The notes under the pieces are model-generated. The model was given only the letters and a program-made list of their open reading frames with translations. It had not been told where the DNA came from and made no database searches. 64,000 bases of DNA from Octopus sinensis (taxonomy: Eukaryota), in assembly GCF_006345805.1 (NCBI RefSeq), contig NC_043009.1:45384001-45448000 (forward strand), read 5' to 3'. Made by a program: the position numbers and the translations under genes. This document shows, piece after piece, positions 1 to 14,230 of the stretch; positions within the stretch are counted from its first letter, which is position 1; each line of letters opens with the position of its first letter.

Positions 1-1149
1 GTGTGTGTGTATAAATGATTGATGTATTTATTTGATGTATTTGCATGTATGTGTGTATATGTGCCTACGAAATTTAAACCGTTTTAAAGAAGTCTTACAC
101 ACAGATATTCCAATATATATCGTAAAATCGACATCTCTCACAGTCCCTCTCTCTCTGTCTCTCTTCCCCCTCTCTCTCCCTCTCCCTCTCTCTCTTTCCG
201 TCTCTCACTTTCTACTGCTCATTGTAGTCTTACAGCTCCAAAACTTGTGATTTCCTACTATGAAATATTACGCGCGCATGAGGACATTTATAAATGGATT
301 AATGTCTACATACGAAAATACATCCACATATATAACCACCTACTTGTATATATAGGTACCCAGATTATATATAAAATAGATCACAATGAATTACTATTGA
401 ATGAAAATCAATTAGTCACATATCAATAATCAGAAAAGAACCAGGTCAAACGTGAACTGACTTAATGGTACATTCCTCCTTCGCGCTGGTTTTGCATTTC
501 AAAGTTAATACATTTATTATGAGTAAGTCATTGGTTTCAGGTTGAGGTTAGCCAACACGATTGTCTGTACCATTCCAGCTTGCGTTTCGACAGTTTGCAA
601 CACATTGTTATTGAGATCTACTGGTCTCAAGCAAGCCTTTCTAGTCATTTCTGAGGTAAAATTATACGGGCCTTTACTCGCTTCAAGATCTCATTCCTCC
701 GTTGATCCTCGATTATTAACGGATCTAGGCACAGTGATTCATTTGTGGACCAATGACATTTCTAACTCTACAAAGAACTCTCAGCGTAACTAGGGCGATA
801 TCAAGAGTAAACATTCTCTCCTTCAGTGAGGGGTTTGGATAGAAGAATAAAATAGCAACCACCTTTTGGCCTCTTCACAGTCAATATCAATTTTCTATAG
901 TCGCTGTCGAAGTTAAAAACTTTTGAATTCAATATTCAAGAAAATGCCGGTCCTTGTAAACAATCTTTCTTTGTGTTCGGCAGCTTCAATGAAATTGAAA
1001 GGGTATTTCAGTGCAATTTGTTCAAATGCTCCTAGAATAACAGGTTGTTAAACCGTGGAGGACCTGAAGAAACATATCTGATCAAAAAGCATATTCCAGG
1101 GGAATATAGTACTAGAGAGGTGTTATCAAAATATGATATAATGACAACA

Positions 1150-1400
1150 GACTATACGACAACAGAAAGCTGATGGAAAGAAAAGTCATTGCACTGTATA
1201 ACATTCCATACGCATGGTATATTAATTTGCAAGTTCAAGAAATTTCAGAGAACAGGCCGGCAATACTTACAGTATAAGGAAGGTAAACAGGGCGTCTTTA
1301 GAGTGTGATCAAATAGTGGGTACTAGAAAAATTCTTAGATGAAGAAGTAACAACATTCAATTGACCTCAATTACCAAGGGCTAGAAACTTTTCGAATGAA
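1150..1400 (+). mobile_element. Possible highly decayed Tc1-like transposase N-terminal (HTH) remnant
   Basis: Frameshifted translation gives NIPYA...KKFQRTG, resembling the Tc1 paired-like HTH. Similarity judged by eye only. Confidence 0.2.
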
Positions 1401-1477
1401 AAAGATTCCTCTTTTCCCACTGTTTTGCCTCTTTAAAGACATTGAATATATATAGCTGCATTTGATGGCTAAAAAAT

Positions 1478-1620
1478 CAGACAGACCTATCAAACCCATC
1501 CTAATTTCAGCAGCGCATAAGAAAGAGAGTGTTTTTGGTGCCTATAGGAGGCCCAAATTCGAGGCAATGTTTTGAGTCACTTTAGAAAAAGTGCGCATCA
1601 TATACCACCAAATATGTTAA
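1478..1620 (+). mobile_element. Decayed Tigger/pogo-like MITE (same family as 6792-6968)
   Basis: Shares CCTAATTTCAGCAG and AAAAAGTG(C/T)GC..AT..CCA..AAATA with 6792-6968. Confidence 0.4.
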
Positions 1621-2187
1621 CTATTAGCAGTAGTAACCAACCTTGACCAGGTCTAAAGTAAATAACTACAATCAAATTAATTTACTGTATCCTAGATAAA
1701 TTGTCTGGAAAGTGGCTGATAGACTTCAACATTTCTTGGAATGTTGTTTCAGTCAGAACTTATGGTTTCAGTTGAATTTTATACGCAGTATATTCATAAT
1801 AGTCTTCTGAAAACAAATACAAATTTTTGAGATTTATCTCATTTGCTGCTTCTTTTATTGTAGGTGTAAAGCCCTTCATTGTAATCATTTAGCAACATCG
1901 AATTTGGGATGTGTGTTTGGGAATATTATTGTTAACTGCTTATTAACATTTCAAGCTTCAGTCACTCACTTATGTTGTATTCGTATAAGCTCTTTCCTAT
2001 TCGCAAGGATTTGACAATTGGCAACGGCAATGCTTCGTATGTTAGAAAGTATAGAAAAATTCCTATATCCTCTGGAAAAGAGGTTCACCAATGAACCCTT
2101 TCAGATATCTTCGTGTAAAATGTTGTCTACAATCTGAAGCACAATATTACATTCACTTTTATAAATGTAGAAGGTAACATTCAAAAC

Positions 2188-2424
2188 GGTGATTGCGCGG
2201 CAGAACCGTTAGCAGGTCGGGTGAAATGCTTCGCGGTATTTCGTCTGTCTTCATGTTCTGAGTTCAAATTCCGCCGAGGTCGACTTTGCCTTTCATCCTT
2301 TCGGGGTCGATAAATTAAGTACCAGTTACGCACTGGGGTCGATATAATCGATTTAATACCTATGTCTGTTCTTGTTTGTCCCCTCTATGTTTAGCCCCTT
2401 GTGGGTAATAAAGAAATAGGTATT
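2188..2424 (+). mobile_element. tRNA-derived SINE, family A (octopus-type)
   Basis: GGCAGAACCGTTAGC head, B-box GAGTTCAAATTCC, body GAGGTCGACTTTGCCTTTCATCCTTTCGGGGTCGAT and tail CCCCTTGTGGGTAATAAAGAAAT, all shared with 32761, 56183 and 56927. Confidence 0.9.
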
Positions 2425-2559
2425 CCTGTCGTCTTTACAAGTGTCAATAATATTTCCCATTAAATGTAGTAAGTAGAACAGTATCTATCAAGGCAGGTCT
2501 CGTTAACCTCCACCACTGACATTGTGTGAGCATTACATCATTTGCACAAGGTGGAGAAT

Positions 2560-2990
2560 ATGCCACCAGCATTGCCTTGCTGACCTTAACATTCGATACA
2601 GAATTTAGCTGAGACTGGGGCCACGGACCATATACTCCCTACACAATTCAGGCTCACAATACATAAATTCACTGCAATGCAATTTCTGTTCCTCTACCGG
2701 CCCTGTTCTTCTTAACATAATCTCAAAAGAAAGCAAAGAAGAAAGGATCCCATCACCTTCGAACGAAACCGGCAGAAATTTATTCAAGGGATACCAGATA
2801 AGCCAACTATACCTGGATACATCTCAGTCAACAACAACCCTCTACATGAATGGGCCATTATACCACGGAACTTGACTTTAAAATGATTTAACAGTTCCTA
2901 TCAGGCAGTTCTATTAAGTTAGACATGGCCTGGACCAATCTTTGGCTGAAATACATCTAAGTTATCTAAAATAAACCAAACAGCTGCAGA
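2560..2990 (+). mobile_element. CR1/L2-superfamily LINE, 3' end, decayed
   Basis: Translates to FIQGIPDKPTIPGYISVNNNPLHEWAI followed by ATTAAGTTAGACATGGCCTGG. Homologous to the cleaner copy at 60726-61108. Confidence 0.75.
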
Positions 2991-4097
2991 TTAGAGTGCA
3001 TGGATTAATATTTAAATAGCCAGAATTGACGATATATCTGGAGAGTACACATTATGAAGTCAGAGTTATGGGTGCATTTGGCCAGTACCACAAATATATC
3101 CGGGTTATATGTGTAGCTTGGCCAAGTTTATATAGACTGTTCCCTCTATTAAACCAATTGTTGTCTCTAATAAACAGCAAGATATTCCAGTTGTCCAAGC
3201 TGAGTGACCGTTAGTTCGTTGAACTAAGTGTCATGGGATGTCATCACTTCACATTTGTTTAGATTTTTGTCAAAGACATTACTCTTAATACATTACAACT
3301 CTGGAGCAATGGACATTCTGACTCAATCAGAATTTTTGCTTACAAACATTTAAAAAAATGATCTTTATATAATTTATGAGTAGAAGACCCGTTTGGAAGA
3401 AATGCCTGAAACTGGAAAATTCATCTCATTTACTCTTTTATTCATTGCATTGATATATATTGAAAAAAATACAAACATTGAAGTAGAGAGGTGTGTTAGT
3501 TGTGTTATTTATTTAAGCTTCATTTGTCCTTTAAAACTGAGGAACACTGTTATTTGTTGGTAGTAGTACTCTAAGGAGTACCGAAGAGTTATGCAACTTC
3601 AGTTTATAATCTTTCGAAGGAGGGAATATTTAAAAGTGACCCAACAAACACATAGGTTACATATATATATGAAAGAAACCAAATAATAGTCGGAGCCATG
3701 CATTTGTATAGTTTTCCTCCCAACAAAAGATATTTTACTGATACATAGAATATTGGTCCAATAAAATATTTAATTTGATACTCGGCCAATATTGTGAAAA
3801 GAATCTTTCATTCGGAAGAGTCGTAAATTGTATAATCATCGGAAGTGGGTGCAAAAATCTGTTATGAAGACTGGCAAAGAATTGAACATGATCCAATTGA
3901 TTATAAAGATCAAAGACATTCGCCCCAAGCCTTTATATAACCTTTTCCTTTTACATTAGTTCTCTTACCTAATAAAAATATCTCCCGTAATTCAGTTTAG
4001 TTAAAACATTCATAGCTGTTATAAATTGTTTGTTAGATTTATTAAAATATGATTAAATCTTGGAACTGTTAGACCGTGAACGTATATATATATATAT

Positions 4098-4133
<36 letters not shown>

Positions 4134-4194
4134 AAGAATGATATGGCTTTTGTTACATAGGACTTAGGCATCACATTTCGACGAGGAGAACAAT

Positions 4195-4363
4195 CAGTTA
4201 TATCGACCCCTCCCCCATAACTTTATCAGTACTTTATTTCATCGATCCTGGAAGGATTAGGTGCAAAGGTGATCTCGTCAATATTTGAAACGAGAACGTA
4301 ATTATCCAGATGGGATATTGTGAGGTCTGATGCTCTAACGACTCTGCCAATGCACCACCCTTG
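4195..4363 (-). mobile_element. SINE family A, old copy
   Basis: Reverse-strand degenerate match: ATCGACCCC...AGTACTTTATTTCATCGATCC...CTAACGACTCTGCCA. Confidence 0.55.
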
Positions 4364-4725
4364 AGCTATTGCGCAAGGTGCTGTGTTTTGATTACCAAAT
4401 GAGTTGCACAAGTTGAAGATTGAAGTGTTTATATAAGTAACAGCTTTTGAACTCCCGCTCTGGGGTATCCGATGACATTAGTACTAAGATACTAAGGGTA
4501 CTAATATACGTACCACTGTTTACCAATCTGCACAACAAACACGAAGTGTTATACCGATACAAATTTTGCATAATATTTCTTATGTAGAAAGAATTCTGTA
4601 TCAGTTTAATAGTTAGGAGCTATCTTCCAATAGAGCGTATTTCGCTAAGGGAGAAAAAGTCAAGAAAACTGAGAGAGAGGGAGACAGATAGATTGATAGC
4701 TTGCTAGATGGATAGATAGAGAGAT

Positions 4726-4766
<41 letters not shown>

Positions 4767-6410
4767 AAGAGAAATTGAGAGAGGGTGAGAGAGAGAAAGT
4801 TTTCTTATCTGTAATTTAACACTAATATTTTATATAGAATAAGTTTCATGCCAAACACATTTCACTCGGAAGACTCCGTGTTACGTTTACAGTTGATTAA
4901 ATATGTCTAAGAACGCATTAATCACTGCTGTCATCTATAACATTGTCACTACGGCTTGCTATTGTTTCTTGCTTATCGTCAACTTCATTTGAGGAATTCA
5001 CTTTCGGTTTTATACTTTCATTTATGCAGCCGCATTTAAAAAAAAAATTGTTTAAATTCAGCATTGCAAACTAACTCCTCAAGTTATCATTTAGTAGGGA
5101 ATTTATGGTGTTTTTTTTTTGCAATTATTCAGTGGTGTTGGTGAGCTATTAGTGTAGGTAGGTGACTACGTTGTGGGTTTAATTTTCTTTAGATATTTAT
5201 TACCAAATCTGTCTTAGCTACGTTTGGTGGGAATCTTTTGTCATCAAAAATGACCATTTGATAAACACTGTCGGGATTCGAACTATTCATCATTCAGTTC
5301 TTGTTGCTCGACACCAAACAAACTTATCCTACCGAGCCTACCGGGCCTAAGTTAAAAGGCGTTCCATTCATGACCGTCCTGTGTTTTAAAATCATGCACT
5401 TTTCCTCCGTTAAATGGTAGTGTTAACTTGAGGGAAATTCGGCTGTTCTTCCAAACAGGTTGATTCTCTGTATAGAGGTATTCATTCGATGTTTGTCTAG
5501 TCAGAATCATATCTTTTTGAAAGTTTACTCTCATCCAATAATAACATGTCTACATTCAGAAATATCCGTTGTATTTCAACGGGACACTGGATCGATATAA
5601 GTAGAAAACAAAAGGGAAACAAGTGTATATTTCGGACGGACAATATATTGCAAACAAGTTTTATGTTCCAATAGAAGCGTTGATGTCAGAAACATGTAGC
5701 AGTAGAAACGATGTGTTTGTTATTTACTCTCTATACCAACCTATTCATGCAAGCCATGCGCTGAACGCTATAGACATGCTAACCACGTAAACAAGAGCTT
5801 CATATGCTCAACACTAGGAAATAAGTTTATCATATAACACACACACACAGACACACAGACGCACATATACACACACACAAACACACGTATACATAAACAC
5901 ATTCAAATTTGTACAATCACAAGTATGCATACACATCTGTGATTGTGTTAATTATTGTATATACAGCAGGTTAGTTAATGTCAGAACCGATAAAGAAAAT
6001 ATGATATTCATCATTTAGTTGTGTTAGATCCCATTAAATTCTGAATTCAAATCCTACTTACCCCTCATCATTTCATGAATCACGGGTGAGATTAAATTGA
6101 TTGTATTGCTCTCATCTTCAGAATCCTAGAACCTTACAAACAATAATGTAGCTTCATCAAGAGAGAAGGCTCTACGTCGTCACTAAATGTGAGAGACATA
6201 GCGGTAATATCTACCTCAAAATATTCTATCAGTTTGAAAACCGAGGTCGGTATCAGATAAATGTAGTCCTAGATACAGAAAATCTGAGAGTAGGAGGCAG
6301 TATTATGTAATTGGAGCGCCTCTAAAATAGGTCTGCTTCGGTAGAGATGAGTTGGTGTTAACAACAACAAACAGATTTTAGTTACATTGTTTTATTATTT
6401 TACTCCAGAA

Positions 6411-6590
6411 TAAGGCAGCGAGCTGGTAGAATTGATAGCATATCAGGCAAAAATGCTTACCGACTTTTCGTCAGTCTTTACCTCCTGAGGTCAAATTCTG
6501 CGGACGTCGGCTTTTCCTTTCGACGTCGATATAACAAGTGCTAGTGAATATTTTGGTCAATGTAAACGGGTACACCCTGAATTATTTTAA
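6411..6590 (+). mobile_element. SINE family A, old copy
   Basis: AAGGCAGCGAGCTGGTAGAATTGATAGCA...GAGGTCAAATTCTGC matches the family A head. Confidence 0.6.
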
Positions 6591-6791
6591 TCTAGGATAA
6601 CTCAGATTCAGCAGGAATTCCAACCGTGATCGTAACGAAATTTTGTATATCTAACGCTATATTGTTCAATGTTGTCCTTCCTCTTTTGAAGATCGTGGAC
6701 TGCAGTAAGAGAGACGGGGAGGGGTGCTGTTTTCTTACGTTGTTCGGGTAACAAGGTACTGCTCCCACTATCATTCCCTCTGTTATGTAGC

Positions 6792-6968
6792 TATCGTATT
6801 TGACGGTATATTAAATACACCCTAATTTCAGCAGTGCATGTTGAGGAAAAAGAGCGCTAGGGAAAGGTTAGATTATGGGGGACCTATCTTCGCACATAGG
6901 ACCGGGATAAGATATTTTGAGAGCATGTTTGAAAAAAAAGTGTGCCTTATGTGCCATAAAATACCGTA
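6792..6968. mobile_element. Tigger/pogo-like MITE
   Basis: Imperfect terminal inverted repeats TATCGTATTTGACGGTATATTAAATACAC and GTGTGCCTTATGTGCCATAAAATACCGTA with TA ends; no ORF. Confidence 0.5.
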
Positions 6969-7032
6969 CGTTCCTATGTATTGATTTTAAATTTTAGTAT
7001 AAGGTCAATAATTTCGGAGGAGGGGTTTACTC

Positions 7033-7185
7033 GACTACATCGACCCCAATGCTCAACTAGTACTTATGTTATCGACCCCGAAAAGATGAAAGGCAAGAAT
7101 CGACCTCGGCATAATTTGAACTCTGAAAGTAAGGACGGACGAAATGCTGCTGAGTATTTCACCCGGCGTGCTAAAAGTTCTGCTA
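7033..7185 (-). mobile_element. SINE family A
   Basis: Reverse match: ACATCGACCCC...ATCGACCCCGAAAAGATGAAAGGCAAG..TCGACCTCGGC..ATTTGAACTC...CCCGGCGTGCTAA. Confidence 0.75.
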
Positions 7186-8570
7186 CTTCACTGCCCTAAT
7201 GTTCTTATATATTACTGGTTCAAATCGCGCCATTGTCAATCAACTGTTCATCGTTCTCACGATCAATATGATAATTACTATCGTAGTTTTGTGGTTATTT
7301 TAATCGCATGCCTTCTCTTCAATAATTTTAAAAAAATGTAAAATCCATAATTAGTAATCAATCTTCAGAGCGATAAGTGACAGAAAGAGGCTGATTGAAT
7401 AGGAGGTATTTTATTATCTCATAATTCGTCAAGTAACGTTCAAATATCCAATCGTGATTAGATGCGTTTTGATTTTCAAACATTAGGATAATGGACTTGT
7501 AAGTTCGAAATCAGTTAAGAACTACTTTGTATTTTATTCCTTAAAATAAGGTATCAGTCAATTGCAGGGTGGATGTATCCCTGGGCCAATGTTAATAAAT
7601 TAATGATAAAGGTTTTCCATTACAATATATGACGGAGTTACGTAACTTCTCTTTTGGGAAGAAACTTAGCCGGAGATATCAACGCTTGTATATGTTAGAA
7701 GAATGAAAAGACAAATGCAGTCTCGGTGTGATTTGAACTTCGCTAATAAAAGGGTATAACTGAAAGGAACAAGGTACTTTATCCGCTCCACCATCGATTA
7801 TGATAATCCACCGCTCTCTTCCAGGCACCTGTAATATATTACATCAAGAACCAATTAATATATTAACGTCACTTTCAAAATTGTTCCATACTTTCACATA
7901 TTCTTCTTCTGGCTACTGAAGAGAAATCAATATTTATATGACTGTATAGGCCAAATACGATTTCTCAAATTGCCACAAGCCAAAAAATATCTGATAACGG
8001 TTCGTTGTCGACTGAATCAATTCCATTAACTACTTAGTACGTAGTTTCTTGACCCCCTGGAGCAATGAAAGACAAGGTTGAGCTCAAACCGTCGGCAGAA
8101 TTAGTTAACTCGAACTTAGTAACTAATCTGGAAACGCCATTGTACTGAGTATTAACAACTAACTGAATTTTAGATCAGTAGTTGCTAGAAACGATTGGTC
8201 AACGGTCTGAATAATTTCTGATATCTATTGAAACCAGCCATCGGGTTTCGAAACGAGTCGAAAAATAGTTGCGTTTTAATTCCTCAAGGCTTGACCAAAT
8301 AAAAACAAGTAGTATACTGTTTTTGTTGTTTCGGCCCAAAAGAGCTACTAGCACAATGGTATTCTATGAAATGCTTTCCAGCTTTTAACCAACCCGACTT
8401 ATCGGACAGTTTACCTTAGAATACACTTAACCATTGCCACCTTTGCGCTTTTAAAATTCTACATGACAGATTTGGCTATTATTTAGTGCTATTCAAACCA
8501 CAACAAAGCGGCTTCCTCTCAGGTTCGTATAATTCGTAGTTGAAATAAAATATTATTATATGTAGTTTAT

Positions 8571-8790
8571 AAGACAGCGAGCTGAAGGAATCGTTAGAAC
8601 CCCGAGCAAAATGCTCAGTGGCATTTCATCTGTCTTTACTTTCTGAGTTCAAATTCCGCCGATGCCGACTTCCCCTTTCATCCCTTCGGTGTCGATAAAA
8701 CGAGTATCAGCTGTGTGCGTACTGGGGTCGATGTAATCTACTTACTCCTTCCCTCGAAATTTCAGGCTGTGTGCCTTTAGTAGAAATGAT
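8571..8790 (+). mobile_element. SINE family A
   Basis: GCGAGCTG..GGAATCGTTAG head, CTGAGTTCAAATTCCGCCGA B-box and ACTGGGGTCGATGTAATC body. Confidence 0.75.
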
Positions 8791-9298
8791 TTAATGTAGT
8801 TTATTTATAAACTTTTAATACACTTTAATTTACAAGTACGATTTTATTTTACATATGTAATCTAATTATTTGAAAGTCTTCAATTAACACACATTAATCC
8901 AAGAAGCTGGTAGATAAAAGCATTATTTAGGGGTATTTAAATGTTAAACTCAACGAGCCGAATTATAAAATTCCAATGAAATCAATGAACCGAGATTTTT
9001 TAAAGGAATGACGATGAAAATAGTGTTAAATGTTCTCTTCAAAACCCAGCTAATAAAAGCATGGTTATATTTCGATCTCATTGAACCTCGTCAGCGAAGA
9101 AATCAGTATGTGTAGTGATGCTAATGATGAATATAATTAATTGAATAGAAGGAAATTACATGAGGGCTATCTTCTGTATACAAATTATACATATATAATT
9201 TTCCCATAAATTACATGGTAACTTGAAAGAAACTTCGATTAACTGTAGTTATACATTGAATTAATAAACGTCTTCTGAGATTATTCCTTTACTTGTTT

Positions 9299-9645
9299 CA
9301 TACGTACATACATGCATACATACATACATGCATACATGCATGCATACATACATGCATACATACATACATGCATACATGCATGCATACATGCATACCTGCA
9401 TGCATGCATACATACATACACACATGCATACATACATGCATACATACATACATACATACATACATACATGCATACATGCATGCATACATGCATGCATGCA
9501 TACATACATACATGCATACATACATACATACATACATGCATGCATACATGCATACATGCATGCATGCATACATACATACATACATACATACATACATACA
9601 TACATACATACATACATACATACATACATACATACATACATACAT
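9299..9645. repeat. Compound (TACA)n/(TGCA)n microsatellite
   Basis: About 345 bp of interspersed CATA/CATG units; source of the spurious MYVC/HTYI ORFs. Confidence 0.97.
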
Positions 9646-10117
9646 GACTCCAAATTTAAACTCAAAATATAAGCGACAGTTATCAATATTTCAATATCAA
9701 CTAAGTGAATGTTTCCGAAAATCAACATGAGGAAGTTATGAGTGAATATTGGCTTAAAGTCAACTGCTTAAAGCAACGAACATGTTTGAATCTTTCTCTC
9801 TTTTTTTTTTCAGCAATGCAAATTTATGAAACAAAACCCAATAGAAAATAAATAAAATGTATTAGTTCCTAAAGTTTTCAACACAGTGCTCCTGTCATTA
9901 TAAGGTCTCCTCTATGTCCGTTATTTGAAAATATTTTATCAGCGAGACATTAATAGGATGTCTCTCTTCAAAATCATGTAATAGCGTAAATTGAGTTGCT
10001 TTAAATTCAGTTACCATGGGAAACACATGAATATGGACAACCTGCATTTCTTTGTAACTTGAATAGGAAGAGGTAATTACTGAAGTATTTACCTATTTAG
10101 AGAAAGTGAGACAAAGT

Positions 10118-10148
<31 letters not shown>

Positions 10149-10374
10149 GGGAAGAGCGGAAGAGAGAGAATATGAGAGAGTGAAAGAGATGGAGAAAAAT
10201 TGTGAGGAGCATAGTTACTGAAAATGTAGCTCTTTCATGTTTGCTTCAATTTATCATATTTGCGTGAGATAAGCTATTATAATAATTTAATAATAATTTG
10301 GTTGCAATTTAAAAGCTCCATGGCTAATGTGTCCTGGTCCTTCCTCTAACAATTTCGTTCTATATCTCACTTTG

Positions 10375-10376
10375 GG

Positions 10377-10457
<81 letters not shown>

Positions 10458-10480
10458 GTGTGTGTGTGTAACAAAGATAT

Positions 10481-10512
<32 letters not shown>

Positions 10513-10592
10513 ATAAATATATATATATATATATATCATATATATATATATATATATATACATATATGTTGTGTGTGTGTGTGTGTGTGTGT
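10375..10592. repeat. (TA)n/(TG)n compound microsatellite
   Basis: Direct inspection. Confidence 0.95.
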
Positions 10593-10599
10593 AGTCAGC

Positions 10600-11780
10600 A
10601 GTGGAGATCACAGTACATTATCATTGAATATTCCTCTCATTCACCACATCTCACCTCCCCCCAGCCTCCCAATCCTCAAAAGATATTTTCCCACATTCTC
10701 TCATATCCTTTCTCTTCAGCCAGAAGCACTTTCAAGTACTTCACTCCCTTAGCTACTAACCTACCAACCCCTCCATCCCTACCCACCCACCCCATCTATT
10801 CAATTCATACACTCTGCATACCTCAGTACTCCCCCTCTACCACCAACCCACTTTCATTGTAGACTGCTATCTTGACCACTGCATCATTCCCCCCCCCTCT
10901 GTCTACCTATATTCTCTTATACTTTTCTACATACTTAAATAATCTCCCTCCGCACAAAGCTTACTTCTCTCTTCAAATTACTACCTTAGTCACCCTATAA
11001 CTATCTCTAACTTAGACACTTGCCATACCTTGTCTCACTATCTCAACTTCCCATAGTTCCATAGCAATATCCACTAAACTTTCATACCTATTCACAAATC
11101 CAACAACAACTGACCACTCTTTAATTACTACCTCCCCACTGACCCATCCCACTCATTCCTCAACTCTCAGCTCTATTATTACCCCCTTAATACCTTCATT
11201 CTTAACACTTCTACCTCTTCCTGAACTTATATCCTCCCGACCTTCATTGTCTTATCACTCTCCATAGCACCATCCAGCCCCTACTTCATCCGGTCAATAC
11301 TGCATGTTCTCCACTGACCCATCCCACTCATTCCTCAACTCTCAGCTCTATTATTACCCCCTTAATACCTTCATTCTTAACCCTTCTACCTCTTCCTGAA
11401 CTTATATCCTCCCGACCTTCATTGTCTTATCACTCTCCATAACGCCATCCAGCCCCTACTTCATTCCACCTTTAAACTTCTCTGCATCATGATTTTAAAT
11501 GTAAGACCTTTTCTACCCTGTTGACGGAGGCTCGATTAATCCAATGTTGATTGCTACCATTACGGCCTACATATTATAACGAACTATATCTACCAACATT
11601 ATGATGGATTGCCGAGGTCCCAGAAACAGCTGTTGAACTTATAATGCCTTACTGCCTCCCATTTATCTTTCCTTGTTGTTTTGTACTCTGTGAAAGTTTG
11701 ATCAACTAACATAAATACCTATATATTTATACTTAAATATTCATCGTCTGAAAGCCTTCAGTCTTTGCCTTCTCTCGTTT
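10600..11780 (+). mobile_element. Decayed Penelope-like element remnant
   Basis: C/T-rich plus strand like the element at 14860. Peptide IPLIHHISPPPSLPILKRYFPTFSHILSLQPE loosely resembles the PLE RT-endonuclease linker. Degenerate pLTR motif CTGTTGA..GGCTCGA at 11518. Confidence 0.4.
11136..11466. repeat. Two-copy tandem duplication, period 175 bp
   Basis: CCACTGACCCATCCCACTCATTCCTC...CCAGCCCCTACTTCAT at 11136-11291 and 11311-11466, with only a few substitutions. Confidence 0.92.
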
Positions 11781-11945
11781 TGTATGATGTAGTATGTATG
11801 TATGTATGTAAGTAGTATGTATGTATGTAATTGTAAGTATGTATTATGTATTTGTATGTATGTAGATGTATATATGTATTGTATGTATGTTGTATATATA
11901 TATTATATAATTATATACATTATATATAATATATATATATATATA

Positions 11946-11987
<42 letters not shown>

Positions 11988-12292
11988 TATATAATATATA
12001 TATATATTATATATATACATACATATTTTGTATATCAAAATCTGGTTTGGAGGATAACCGAATGGTGTCATAGAGGAAGTTCATGATGGCTACCGGAAAC
12101 TAGGCAGCAATTGGTCAAGATCGGTTACATGATGTTGCTAAAAGATCTGCATTCCAGCAACACCAAATGCGTGAAGAAGAATAATTTCTTGAACCGTATG
12201 GCTAGACACTATGCTGATAGTGCTTTGCTGTCAGGCCGGGTTGTTCACTGTGATTAAGAACTTTACTCGTGGAGAGTAGAAAGCTAACGCGA

Positions 12293-12323
<31 letters not shown>

Positions 12324-12757
12324 CGTGGAACACAAAAATAGCGATAGACTCGATTTCATTGGACTAAATAGAGAAACTAACAGCAGAGGAAAATGGCTAG
12401 ACCCTAGCTCATTGTATTTGATTGATCGGCATATCAAGAGGAGAGGAAGTTTGCAGGCCAGCCATTGTTCTTAGACGGTGTTATAAATAATGGAACCGGT
12501 TACCAGCACTTTCCTAGTGTTATTTATGCCATGAATCTATCACTTCCATATAGTATCTTCACTACTACCAATCAACGAGAGGCAAGCGGATCTAGAGTAT
12601 ATAGAAATAGAAAAATAAAAGAACAAAACCAGGAATAACAAATGAAAATAAATATAAAAATTGTGAATGAATCAAAAACCATTTCCGCTTCAATTGTTTC
12701 CTATCAGAAGTGATTTAAATACTTTGTGGGAATATGTGTGTGTATTCTGCCTATATA

Positions 12758-12819
<62 letters not shown>

Positions 12820-12898
12820 TACACCACACACACACACACACACACATATATATAGGGTGAGCGAAAGGGAAAGCTAGAGTGAGAGAGAGAGAGAGAGA

Positions 12899-13140
12899 TA
12901 CACGGTGTCCCAAAAAGTGTAGATACTCATTGAATAATTATAAAACCTACAAACAGAATTTAAGTTTATAAAAAGAAATCTTGACTTCAAACAAATGACC
13001 GTTTAGATCGACCCACTACTGATAATGAAAAGTTCTTCAAGAAGAGCCTGGACATTCACGAGCCTTAGAAAGCATGAATTGGTGCTAGAGAATATTATTA
13101 GAGTTTAAATATATCAATGTTCCATGCGAAATGTGAATCT
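12899..13140. mobile_element. Tc1/mariner-type terminal fragment
   Basis: TA followed by CACGGTGTCCCAAAAAGT, resembling Tc1/mariner TIRs. Partner TIR not found because a SINE follows. Confidence 0.35.
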
Positions 13141-13144
13141 AGGT

Positions 13145-13271
13145 CTAGCTGTGTGGTAAGAAGTTTGCTTCTCCACCATATGGTTCCAGGATCAGTGTTC
13201 CTATTGTTGTCTCGGGCCTGCCAAAGCTTTCTGAGTAGATTTTGGAGACGAAAACTGAAAGAAGGCCATCC

Positions 13272-13319
<48 letters not shown>

Positions 13320-13511
13320 TGCGTGAGTGCGTGTCTTTGTGTTTGTGTATGTCCCACTCCTCTGCTTGACAACCAGTGTTGGTGTATTTACGTCCCTGTA
13401 AGTTAGATGTCTGGTAAAAGAGTGGTGATAGAATAAGTACCAGCTTTAAGAAAATATAGTACTGGATTCGACTCATTCAACTAATAATTCTTCAAAGCAA
13501 TGCCCAAGCAT
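13145..13511 (+). mobile_element. tRNA-derived SINE, family B, diverged
   Basis: GCTGTGTGGTAAGAAG head, internal (TA)(TG)n tract and GATAGAATAAGTACC tail segment, colinear with 14231-14640. Confidence 0.7.
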
Positions 13512-13654
13512 ATCTTCCCGGGGCTATAAACGCCAGTAGCACTGTCCCGTGTAGGACGCAACACTTGGTTGGCAATTATATGATACGATTCCGTATTGCT
13601 ACATCTGTATTGCATCTCGCTCAGAGATTTAATATAGTTTATTTCTCCTTTAAG

Positions 13655-13870
<216 letters not shown>

Positions 13871-14230
13871 TGTTCTTGTATACATACAAAAACCCTGACA
13901 AACATAGTGCTTAGAAATTGCATGGAAACAAGAACGTGCCTTCTAAATAGTATATACGTCTATCCGCATGTATGTGTGAGTGGTTATTATGTAATTCTCT
14001 CTCTCTCTCTGCCTGTCTCTCTGCCTGTCTCTCCCCTTCCCTCTCTCTCTCAAACTCTGAAATTCTCTTCACCCGTCAGAATAGCTATTTAGTATTTATT
14101 AGGCAAAAAGTATATTTGGTGCAATGCAGTGAGCGGCGAAGTTCAATAATCGTGAATAAAATTTAAGCTACGTGCAATAATATCGAAATGAATGTATATA
14201 TATATATATACATACATACATACATATATA

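Noticed and set aside
9261-9730. Long overlapping ORFs (MYVC/HTYI repeats), and similar IYIY, YLSI, THTH, ERER and poly-N/I/L ORFs throughout the window
   Set aside because: They are translations of stop-free microsatellites, not genes.
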